14,611 bases of DNA from Candidatus Eiseniibacteriota bacterium (GTDB lineage: Bacteria > Eisenbacteria > RBG-16-71-46 > CAIMUX01 > VGJL01), in contig JBHGAY010000052.1 of NCBI GenBank assembly GCA_041946735.1, positions 1-14,611 of the forward strand, read 5' to 3'. The position numbers and the translations under genes were made by a program. Of the stretch, positions 1-7,790 are shown piece by piece. The notes under the pieces were generated by a model. The model searched no databases, was not told the DNA's origin, and saw nothing but the letters and a program-made list of their open reading frames with translations. Numbering within the stretch: position 1 is the first letter of the stretch; each line of letters starts with the position of its first letter.

Positions 1-200
1 AGTTCCGTTGCGATCTCTCTCCCAGTGCACCGACTCACAGCAAGAGAGATGCCGAGGAGCGCTCTCCGACGGACAACGCTGCAAGAGGCGCTGCTACGCA
101 ACGCTGCGGCTGTACCGGCGCCGATCGCCGCACTCCAGGTCTCGCCGAGCGGCGTCGAGGATCAGACGAATCGTCGAAACGCCGACGCCTCGCCCACGGG

Positions 201-252
201 TATGGATGGCTGCATGCATGCATGTATGCATGCATGCACGCATGCATACATG
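201..252. repeat. (CATG)n-type self-complementary tetranucleotide repeat, 13 degenerate units
   Basis: TATG GATG GCTG CATG CATG CATG TATG CATG CATG CACG CATG CATA CATG; perfect 13-bp inverted repeat at 221-233/240-252. Confidence 0.9.
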
Positions 253-312
253 GGAGGGGTGCTCGGCATGAAAGGACGCGCCAACCGGCTGGACGGCCGA
301 CGCGGCCTCGGA

Positions 313-1122
313 TCAAGCCCAGTCCAGCGGCCCGCTCTCGAAACGCTTCTGCAGGTTCCCGAGCACGAGACTCCATGCCCGGTCGAAGTACTGGTAGACC
401 TCGTCCCAGACGTCGCCCCCTCCCCATCCGAGGTGGTCGAAGAGGACGCGAGTCTTGGAGCCGCCCAGCTCCTCGAACCGGAGGACGACATGCGTGCGCG
501 CGTCGCGCGCCGGGCCGAACTGCGCAGGCGCATTCCACTCGAAGGACAGCATCTCCTCGGGGAGATAGCTCAGTACGCGGCAGTCCTCCGAGCCCTGCTC
601 ACCGTAGGGCCGGTCGCCATCGAAGAGGACCTCGATCTCCCCTCCGATCCGCAGGTCCACCCGGGACCGAGGGGAGAAGAAGCTCCTCAGGCCCTCGGTC
701 GTCGTCCACGCCCCCCAGACGTCCGAGCGCGGAGCGCCGACAACCGCCTCCTTATGGAGGATCCGATCGCTCGCCGGCTCGGCGTAGCGGTCCGCCGGCA
801 CGTGATGCGCGAGCAAGGCCACCCGAAGATCGCTCATCTCGTAGGTGTGGACGCCCGACACGACCGATGGCTCCCGCGCCATGATCGCGCGGGCCTCGTC
901 CTCCGACTCCACCGAAAGGACCATCAGGCCGAAGGTCGGATTCGCGAAGCAGGGTCCCGCCATCAGGACCTTCTTCTTGGCCGTCAGGTCCTTCAAGTAG
1001 AGGAAGTGCTCGTCCATGATTCGCGACTCGCGCTCGTTCATCTGCTCGGGCCATCCCGGGCGCGTGCCCAGCAGGCGGACGAAGTAGTGCTTCGGGGCGG
1101 GCGGACGCTGCGCCGCGTTCAT
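313..1122 (-). CDS. YciI-family domain fused to SRPBCC (AHSA1-like) domain protein, 269 aa
   Basis: N-terminal YciI-like motifs (DEHFLYLKDL, VLMAGP, GLMVLSVESEDEARAIMAREP); C-terminal SRPBCC (APRSDVWGAWTTTEGLRSFF, DLRIGG, MLSFEWNAP, YFDRAWSLVLGNL); ATG at 1122 overlaps the upstream TGA (ATGA). Confidence 0.85.
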   Translation of the reverse strand: MNAAQRPPAPKHYFVRLLGTRPGWPEQMNERESRIMDEHFLYLKDLTAKKKVLMAGPCFANPTFGLMVLSVESEDEARAIMAREPSVVSGVHTYEMSDLRVALLAHHVPADRYAEPASDRILHKEAVVGAPRSDVWGAWTTTEGLRSFFSPRSRVDLRIGGEIEVLFDGDRPYGEQGSEDCRVLSYLPEEMLSFEWNAPAQFGPARDARTHVVLRFEELGGSKTRVLFDHLGWGGGDVWDEVYQYFDRAWSLVLGNLQKRFESGPLDWA

Positions 1123-2267
1123 CCCCGCTCCCCCTCCCTCTCCCCATCCGCCTCGAAGTGCTGCACGAGAGCGGCGAGCACATTCGGCCACGCGTTGTCG
1201 AAGTAGGTGCGGATCTCGGCCCACCCGTCCCGGTTCGGCGGGTCCCCCGCCGCCAACTCCTCGAAGCCGAGATGGGTCAGGCTCACGCGCGTCGCCTTCT
1301 CTCCCTCGGGCTGCATGCGCACGACGACCCAGGTGTGCTGCTCGCGCAGCGGACCGAACTCGGGCGGCGCGTTCCACGAGAAGCTGAGCATCTTCTCCGG
1401 TTCGTAGGCGAGGACGGTGCAACCCTCGGAGCCTCGCGCACCCTGCGGCGCGTCAGGCAGGAAGTAGAACTCGAACGGCCCGCCCACGCGGAGTTCGACG
1501 TTCGCGTCGGTGAGAAACGCCTTCACCCCCTCGCTCGTCGTCCAGCTCCGCCATACCTCGCTCACCGGCGCGGGGACGACGGCCTCCGTGTGGATCGGAG
1601 CGAGAGTCGCGCCGGCTTCCGCCGGTGCCGACTCTGCCGCTTCCACGGGCTCCGCGGCGGGCGCGCGCTCCAGCGCCTCCTTCAGCTTGCGGATCGTCCA
1701 GGCGTCCCCCTCGTCGAAGAACTCGCGCATCTTCTGTCCCTCCGGATCGGGGCCGTACCCCATGCAAGCGATCCGGACACGGCTGCGATCGTCGGCGAGG
1801 GCGTCCATCGTGACGACGGTCCAGACATTCTTGTATGCGCGCATGAACGGAAAGGCTGCCGGCGGCTTGGTGATCCGGAAGGCGATCATCTTCGCCGGCT
1901 CGTAGGAGAGGATCGTGTTCTCGATCGTCCCCTCGTCGCCGATCACGCCGTCAGGCTCGGGCTTGTAGTGGGTGAGCATCTTCCCGCCGATCCGGAGGTC
2001 GATCTTCGCCTGGGCCACGCCGAGCTTGCGGAAGCCGTCGCCGGTCGAGAAGACGTGCCAAACCTCCTCCACCGGGGCCTCGATGATCGCTTCATGCACG
2101 AGCGCCGTGGTATCGGGTTCCACCGCGGCGCGCGCTACGTCCGGCAACAGACAGCTCCCGAGGCCAAGGACGAGAGCAACGGCGAAAAGGACGGTGGCGC
2201 GCGCGGGGGCGTGGGTTCTGGCGCGCTCGCTAGCGCTCGCGCTCCGCGGCGATCTCGCTCTATGCAT
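1119..2267 (-). CDS. Exported protein with two tandem SRPBCC (AHSA1-like) domains, 382 aa
   Basis: ATG 2267 with AAAGGAGA RBS; hydrophobic signal VLFAVALVLGLGSCLL...ARA; two SRPBCC repeats (APVEEVWHVFSTGDG..DLRIGG and APVSEVWRSWTTSEG..ELRVGG) joined by an Ala/Glu/Pro linker. Confidence 0.85.
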   Translation of the reverse strand: MHRARSPRSASASERARTHAPARATVLFAVALVLGLGSCLLPDVARAAVEPDTTALVHEAIIEAPVEEVWHVFSTGDGFRKLGVAQAKIDLRIGGKMLTHYKPEPDGVIGDEGTIENTILSYEPAKMIAFRITKPPAAFPFMRAYKNVWTVVTMDALADDRSRVRIACMGYGPDPEGQKMREFFDEGDAWTIRKLKEALERAPAAEPVEAAESAPAEAGATLAPIHTEAVVPAPVSEVWRSWTTSEGVKAFLTDANVELRVGGPFEFYFLPDAPQGARGSEGCTVLAYEPEKMLSFSWNAPPEFGPLREQHTWVVVRMQPEGEKATRVSLTHLGFEELAAGDPPNRDGWAEIRTYFDNAWPNVLAALVQHFEADGEREGERG

Positions 2268-2598
2268 GGCGATCTCCTTTCTTGGGACTCCGGACTCGGG
2301 CGACGCCGGGCGTCCGACGATCCCCGGCGGCGACGAGAAGTTCCTCGACGGAACGCGTACCCTGCCCGACCAACCTCTCCTTCTCCGCCCGGCGCATCCG
2401 CTTGACGCGGTGCTCGGCGCGGAGCGCATCGCTCCAGGTCGCGACCTGCTCGGACCATACCATCGCCACGGGCAGCCGCCCGCGCGTGTAGCGCGAGGCG
2501 CGTCCCGCCTCGTGCTGGCGGAGCCGGGCCTGCAGGTCCTTCGCGCTCCCTGCATAGAACGACCCGTCGCAGCATCGCAGCAGGTAGACGTAGGGCAT
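2260..2598 (-). CDS. GIY-YIG nuclease family protein (UPF0213/YazA-like), 112 aa
   Basis: YVYLLRCCDGSFYAGSAKDLQARLRQHEAGRASRYTRGRLPV...ALRAEHRVK; GGAGG RBS before ATG 2598. Confidence 0.9.
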   Translation of the reverse strand: MPYVYLLRCCDGSFYAGSAKDLQARLRQHEAGRASRYTRGRLPVAMVWSEQVATWSDALRAEHRVKRMRRAEKERLVGQGTRSVEELLVAAGDRRTPGVARVRSPKKGDRHA

Positions 2599-2641
2599 GG
2601 CGCCGGTTCCTCCCCTCTCCTCTGCTCTCTTCCGCTTCCCG

Positions 2642-3862
2642 CTACTCCGGCTCGAAGAGCAGGAAGGTTTCCAGTCCCGCCGTGCCCGGGAAGAGGTCGA
2701 GCGGGACGGCGCGCCGCAGCCGGTAGCCGGCGCGCGACCAGGCCGCCGACTCGCGCGGGATCTCGTCCGTCCCGCAGCAGACGTGCGCCACGCGAGCCGG
2801 CCCGCGCTCCGCGATCGCCGGGACGACGCCGGGCGCCGTCCCCTGCCTCGGCGGATCGAGCAGGACGATCTCTTCGGCATCGCCGGTCACGCCGGCGTGC
2901 GGCCGCAAGCGATCTGCGACGAAGGCGCCATCGATCCGCGCCGCAACGAACCTCATGCGCCCCGCCATCTTCAGGTGCTCGGCGTTCGATCGCGCCGCCT
3001 CGATCGCAGCGCGATCGAAGTCCGCTCCGACGACGTGAGCCGCGTCCCGCCCCGCCGTTAGCGAAAAGAGTCCATAGCCGCAGTAGAGGTCGAGCAGGCT
3101 GCGCCCTTCGACCGGCGCGAGCAGGGCGCGTGACGTCTCCACCATCACCGGCAGCATCGCGGCGTTACCCTGTGAGAACACGGCCGGCGGGAATCGCAGG
3201 CGCGTGCCGTCGACGTCGACCTCGAGCCAATCGGGCCCGAACAGCCGCTTGAAGGAAAGGATGCCGGGCCCGGGACGCCGGGCCTCGAGGTAGTAGTCCG
3301 AGCTGCTGGGATCGAGATACAGAAAGGCCGACCGGACGCCGAGCGCGCTCTCGCTTTCGATCGCTTGCGCCAGCGACTTCGCAGCGCGTACGGCCGGCGC
3401 GTCGAACCGGCGAAGATTGAGGATGACCGCAAGCGCCGGCGCCGACCCTCGCACGATCGCCCAGTTCAGCGCGGCGGCGAGCGGCCTCGCCGGCGGGCGG
3501 CGCAAGCGATCGACGAGGAAGGCGTAGACGGCCGCATGTTCCGGCAAGTCGAGCACGGACGGAGCGACCGAGTCGACCCGCGAGGGCGGCGCCCCCGGAA
3601 AGACGAGACGCAGGTCGGAACCGCGGAAGTCGGCGCGTCGCTTGGTGGTCGTCCGATAGGCGCGCGGCGCGCGAGCCGCCACGACCGGATCGGGCGCGCC
3701 GGGCAGCTCCGCCGCCCGCCAGAACGCGGCGATCGCCTCGCGCTTGAGCGCCAGCTCGGCATCGTAGTCGAGGGCGGCGAGCGGCTCCGGATGGTTCGGC
3801 GGGGGCAAGGCGAGGCGCCGCCGCTGCGCCAGAGTCCAGAGCGTCTCCGTCCAGTTCGTCAT
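2642..3862 (-). CDS. Class I SAM-dependent RNA (uracil-5)-methyltransferase, RlmD/TrmA family, TRAM-less
   Basis: FSQGN, LLDLYCGYGLFSL, LDPPR, HVCC (catalytic Cys position), DLFPGTAGLE (catalytic Glu) motifs. Confidence 0.85.
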   Translation of the reverse strand: MTNWTETLWTLAQRRRLALPPPNHPEPLAALDYDAELALKREAIAAFWRAAELPGAPDPVVAARAPRAYRTTTKRRADFRGSDLRLVFPGAPPSRVDSVAPSVLDLPEHAAVYAFLVDRLRRPPARPLAAALNWAIVRGSAPALAVILNLRRFDAPAVRAAKSLAQAIESESALGVRSAFLYLDPSSSDYYLEARRPGPGILSFKRLFGPDWLEVDVDGTRLRFPPAVFSQGNAAMLPVMVETSRALLAPVEGRSLLDLYCGYGLFSLTAGRDAAHVVGADFDRAAIEAARSNAEHLKMAGRMRFVAARIDGAFVADRLRPHAGVTGDAEEIVLLDPPRQGTAPGVVPAIAERGPARVAHVCCGTDEIPRESAAWSRAGYRLRRAVPLDLFPGTAGLETFLLFEPE

Positions 3863-3989
3863 GCGGGAAGCGTAGCGGATCGAGAAAGACGTTTCCGCGG
3901 CCGTGTGGCCGGAGGCGGCTGCCTGGCCGGCTCCTTGGCGGCGGGCTCCTTTCCGGCTGCCTGGCCCGCTGAGGCCGAGGGCCGCACTC

Positions 3990-4636
3990 CTACCGGTATA
4001 GAGCCCTCAACGTGCCCCAGGTGCTCGGAGCCACAGCGGTCGGTCCCACCGGATCGAATGTGAGATCGTCGAGCGCAACGCCACACCAGTCATGACTCCC
4101 GAGAAACTCCACGCGATGGATTGCGGCAGCCGTCACTTCCAGCAGCGCACCCGGGGAGTCGAAGACCTCGTCCGAGTCCACCAGAACGCCCTCGAGGTCG
4201 TACGCGTTGAGGACGACGTTCATCCCGCTGTCCGACCACAGGTCGCAACGGACCGAGACATAGTCGGTCGAGGCGGGAATGTTCGGATCCCCGGGATCGA
4301 CGAACGTGAAGACGACAGGCCATCCGCGCTCGTACGTCAGGTAGCCGTCCGGAGTCGACCCTCCGATCATGTGGGTGCCGCTCGGGGCGCAGTCCGGCTC
4401 GCAGTGAACGACGGCCACGTAGGGGGCGCCCGACGAGAAGACAACGCGTACGCGCTCGCAAGCTGATCGGACAGGCGAGCCGCTTCGGGAATCGGATAGC
4501 CGCTCAGGTAGTCCATCGCATAGAACGACTCGAAATCGATCACGACGCCGAGGCCGACCGCAGGCAGGATCGCGGCGGCCAGGCATCCAGTCAGCAACAT
4601 CTGGACCGGTCCGATTGCAGTCTCGATCATTCGCAT
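3990..4636 (-). pseudogene. Secreted protein with C-terminal TWGTLRALYR motif, split by a 1-bp frameshift at about 4447 (pseudogene or sequencing error)
   Basis: ATG 4636 with GGGAGA RBS and signal peptide in one frame (…VVIDFES…SDQLASAY); C-terminal part (VVFSSGAPY…DDLTFDPVGPTAVAPSTWGTLRALYR*) in another; adding one G (TAC G[G]C GTT) joins them as YGVVFSS. Confidence 0.75.
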
Positions 4637-4666
4637 CGCTTTCTCCCTTCACTGCCAAGGAACCGC

Positions 4667-4786
4667 CTATCGGTAGAGCGCTTTCAGCTTTCCCCAAGTC
4701 AGGCTGCTCGCCGCGGGCGGCGCGCAAGGATCCGGATGGCAAGGAACGCCGACACCCAGGAAGAGCCAGCCGATTGTGAAAGGCAC
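4667..4786 (-). pseudogene. Remnant or mini-ORF ending in the WG..LYR motif: VPFTIGWLFLGVGVPCHPDPCAPPAASSLTWGKLKALYR*
   Basis: Manual translation; stop TAG at 4667-4669; frame open up to TGA at 4886-4888 with only a GTG at 4786 and no good RBS or signal peptide. Confidence 0.7.
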
Positions 4787-4901
4787 TCCGGCGCGGTTGG
4801 GCGGCGTCGGCGAGTAAGGCCGCCGCGGCAGCCGCGCGTCATCGCTGCGAGCGGCCCGGCGCGCTGCGCCGTCACGATCGGCGGCTCAGGTCCGGTCGTC
4901 C

Positions 4902-5891
4902 CTACCAGCTCCGGTCGGCGATTACGACCCCCGCGACATCGAACGTCTGCCACTGCCCGTGGTCGTCTTCCCACGTGATCTCGTGCAGGCGGCGGAAGGC
5001 GGATTCCGAGTGCTCCCACTGGTGGACCGTCATGCGGCCGCTCTTGCCGTCCGAGGACACGTCGGACTCCCACTTGCCCTTGGTGTCCCCGACCCAGAGC
5101 CAATCGGCGTGCTCCGTGCCGTCGGCCAAGCGGTCGCAGACGAGTCGCGCCTCCAGGTTCTCCTGGATCGGGTCGCCATCGTAGAAGAGCCATGCGCCGA
5201 CCGGCGGGTCCGCGTTCTCGAGCTGCCAGGTCCACGAGCGATCGACGATCGCCTCGCCACGGCCGTAGACGACGAAGCTCCCCGCGCGCGCCGCGATGTC
5301 CGTCACCACGCGCATGTGGGTCCAGTTGTCGAACGTCCGGGTCTCGAAGAAGTCGGGACATTCCCCGTTCAGCACGTCGACCAGCTCCAGGCTCCCGTCC
5401 TGTCGATAGCAGGCATAGGTGATGTAGGAACAGGCTCCGTCGGCGCTCGGCGTCGTCTTGCTCCAGCAGGCCTCGCCTTCCTCGTCCCAGTCGTCGCGGT
5501 TCATCCAGCCGATGTCTCCGAATGCCGTCCGGGCGACGAAGCTGACCATGTTGCGTTGCGCCGAGACGATGCGGCGGGCGTCGACCACCACGGCCTGGCT
5601 GCCTGGGATCCGCGGATCGTTCGCCAGATGCGGGACGGGCAACGACGGCGGCTCGCCCAGGTTCTGCGGTCGCAGGGACGATTCCTCGTCGCTGCAGGAG
5701 AGAGCGCAAAGCAGTAGGCAAAGGAAGAGCGGCACAGCGAGACTCCGCGCGAAACCTGGGAGCCGCCACGCGGCCGCTCGGGAGGCTGGAGCACCGGCGA
5801 GAGTGACGGGGGGTGAGTCAGCGCGGGTCCGGTTCTCGTCCGCGGACGCCCCCGTCCGACCCTGTCGCCGGGTTGCTCGATGCCATCGCAT
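4902..5891 (-). CDS. Putative lipoprotein of unknown function, Trp/Asp-rich and likely beta-rich, 329 aa
   Basis: ATG 5891 with AGGAG RBS; h-region LAVPLFLCLLLC plus lipobox-like ALSC-SDEE; protein-like composition. Confidence 0.75.
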   Translation of the reverse strand: MRWHRATRRQGRTGASADENRTRADSPPVTLAGAPASRAAAWRLPGFARSLAVPLFLCLLLCALSCSDEESSLRPQNLGEPPSLPVPHLANDPRIPGSQAVVVDARRIVSAQRNMVSFVARTAFGDIGWMNRDDWDEEGEACWSKTTPSADGACSYITYACYRQDGSLELVDVLNGECPDFFETRTFDNWTHMRVVTDIAARAGSFVVYGRGEAIVDRSWTWQLENADPPVGAWLFYDGDPIQENLEARLVCDRLADGTEHADWLWVGDTKGKWESDVSSDGKSGRMTVHQWEHSESAFRRLHEITWEDDHGQWQTFDVAGVVIADRSW

Positions 5892-6268
5892 CTCCTGCTC
5901 CTTGCTGCGGGGCCGGCCCCGGAGAGCCCCGCGAGGACGTTGCCACCGGAAGCGCAAACCGAAGATATGCGGTCTCTTTCGCCACTTCAAGCAGGTGCGA
6001 GCGGTACGCGCACGGCAGCCGGTGCACAGCAGCACGCGCGCCAGCACGCGTCAGGCAGCACGCGGCGCGGACGGGTGCCGTCGGTCGTTGCAGGGTCGCC
6101 GGCACTGGGAGGAGAAGGGGCCGGCTCGAGCATCGGGCTGCCGCCAGCGTCGAGCGTCGTGGACCTCGGGAGAAAACGCCCGGCCCCACCCGGACCGCCC
6201 CGGGGACCCGCCAGGAGGACCGGCTCGGACCAGCGCCCCCGCGCTAGCGAACCCTTGCTCGCAGACTC

Positions 6269-6296
6269 TTGCCGACCATCCGATATCGAGTATAAT
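6269..6296 (+). promoter_or_regulatory. Sigma-70-type promoter for the 6396 gene
   Basis: TTGCCG-16 nt-TATAAT; perfect -10 hexamer in very GC-rich DNA, 100 bp upstream of the ATG. Confidence 0.65.
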
Positions 6297-6395
6297 TCCT
6301 ATGCGATCGATTCTGGTGCGACGGGTCCCCCCCGTCGGAGCGAGCGATTCACGCTCGCCTCGCACCCGTGACAACCAGCAGCAAAGGGAGGCCGT

Positions 6396-6971
6396 ATGAG
6401 GCTCGTAGCTATTCTCGGTCTGCTCGCACTCCTCGCCGGGACCGCCCAAGCCGCCGATCCGATCTGGATCTCCGGCCCGGCCGGCGACGGATGGCAAGCT
6501 CCGCTTCGCGAAGACGTCTGCCAATGGGGATTCCAGGACGACCTGATCGGTGGCGGATTCGCCCTCCAGGCGGGTCAACCCCTCGGCATCCGCTGCGTGG
6601 GGCCGATGACGATCACGCGCGTCGGATTCTACGTGGAGTTCATCGTCACGCCGGGACAGGTCGACATCGTGATCCTGGACGGAGAGGTCGAGGTGCAGCG
6701 GACCCAGACGACGCCCGCCGTGGGCGACAACGAGTTCGACATCCCGGACATCGCGGTTGCCGATCCCACCATCATGCTCTGCCCGGTCGGGGCGTTCGAC
6801 GGCGCGACCGGCGAGGACATCACGAGCTTCGGCAACAGCTACTACTCGACGACATGCGCGCCCACGTCTCCGTTCGAGTGGCTGAACCTGATGATCTGGG
6901 CGGTCTACACCGACGAGCCGGTGCCGGCGCCGGCGGTGAGTTGGGGGACGATCCGCGCGTTGTACCGGTAG
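6396..6971 (+). CDS. Secreted protein with C-terminal SWGTIRALYR motif, 191 aa
   Basis: AGGGAGG RBS; signal peptide MRLVAILGLLALLAGTAQA; acidic beta-rich body; Pro-rich linker then SWGTIRALYR*. Confidence 0.9.
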   Translation: MRLVAILGLLALLAGTAQAADPIWISGPAGDGWQAPLREDVCQWGFQDDLIGGGFALQAGQPLGIRCVGPMTITRVGFYVEFIVTPGQVDIVILDGEVEVQRTQTTPAVGDNEFDIPDIAVADPTIMLCPVGAFDGATGEDITSFGNSYYSTTCAPTSPFEWLNLMIWAVYTDEPVPAPAVSWGTIRALYR

Positions 6972-7061
6972 GGCGGTAGCGCCAGCCGGCCAGGCGGCCA
7001 GCAGGCCAGCCGTTCCAGAGCTCCACCCAGGCCGCACGAACGCGGCGAATGCTTGCGGCAA

Positions 7062-7090
7062 CCGCCCCGGACCAGGCAGGTCCGGGGCGG
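7062..7090. terminator. 12-bp perfect GC hairpin between convergent genes, possible terminator or 3' stabiliser
   Basis: CCGCCCCGGACC-AGGCA-GGTCCGGGGCGG; no clear U-tract. Confidence 0.4.
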
Positions 7091-7133
7091 CGTGCATCCC
7101 CGCCGGCGCCGTGCCGCGAGCGAGCGGAATCGC

Positions 7134-7704
7134 GAGCTGCGTTCCGTCGTCCGAGAGGGCCGGTCCGACATGGCGAGGAATCTGCTTCGATCGGCCGGGA
7201 AGGCTGCTGGGACCGCCGAGCAACATGTCTCAAGTAGACGGGCGCTTTGCTCCCGGGCGATCGCAACATGCTGCGATGTCCCGCTCGATCCCGTGTCGGC
7301 GAAGTGTCACGTGCTTCGATGAGCCGGCGGGAGATCCCTCGTCTCTGAGTAGCATGCTACAAGTGCCCAGGAGGAGTGGTCCCGGGCGTATGTGACCGGC
7401 TTCGAACTGCCGGATGGAGATCGCCCGGCGCATTGTTCCCTGCTCCAGTGGCCCGCGGGCAATGCTGGCGCGCGTATGTAGCAGGTCGCAGAGTCCCATC
7501 CGGAGATCGGGCGGCGGTGTGGAACGCGCGGCACCACGCCACCCGGAGATCAAGCGTCGGCGAGGAACATGCGGCGGATCGCGTTCGGCAAAGCCGGCTG
7601 CGCATCGCGACCGGTTGCGATCCCCCGGGAGATCTCCCGGCGGCTGTCTGTAGCACGTCACACGTGCTCGCCGGCAGAGCGGGCGCGGCATTGCAGCAGT
7701 TTCG
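7134..7704. repeat. Degenerate 43-bp-period tandem array of 12-bp palindromes (consensus GNNRCNNGYNNC-R), 13 units plus one decayed unit
   Basis: Motifs start at 7134, 7177, 7220, 7263, 7306, 7349, 7392, 7435, 7478, 7521, 7564, 7607, 7650 (and 7693, decayed), each exactly 43 bp apart. Confidence 0.9.
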
Positions 7705-7790
7705 GCGAGGAGCCGGAGCGTGTCGGAAGTCTGGTCGCGCGCGAGAGAGCGCGCGAAGGAGAGCGCGCGTGAGAGCGAAGGAGCGAGCAG

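Noticed and set aside
25..2405. Long plus-strand ORFs 25..1206 and 1158..2405, and similar antisense ORFs (8511..9500, 9371..10936)
   Set aside because: Antisense shadows of real minus-strand genes, typical of high-GC DNA
3917..3932. AGCCGGCCAGGCRGCC shared downstream of two tagged genes (3917-3932 minus, 6984-6999 plus)
   Set aside because: Almost all G/C and at different distances from the stops; cannot be separated from chance without a genome-wide count
5930..5945. Minus-strand TGGCAACGTCCTCGCG as a sigma-54 promoter for the 5891 gene
   Set aside because: Spacing is correct but the -12 match is poor; too likely by chance in GC-rich DNA
7134..7704. CRISPR array interpretation of the 43-bp array
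   Set aside because: The conserved part is only a degenerate 12-mer, spacers share residual similarity, the period is too short, and no cas genes are in the window
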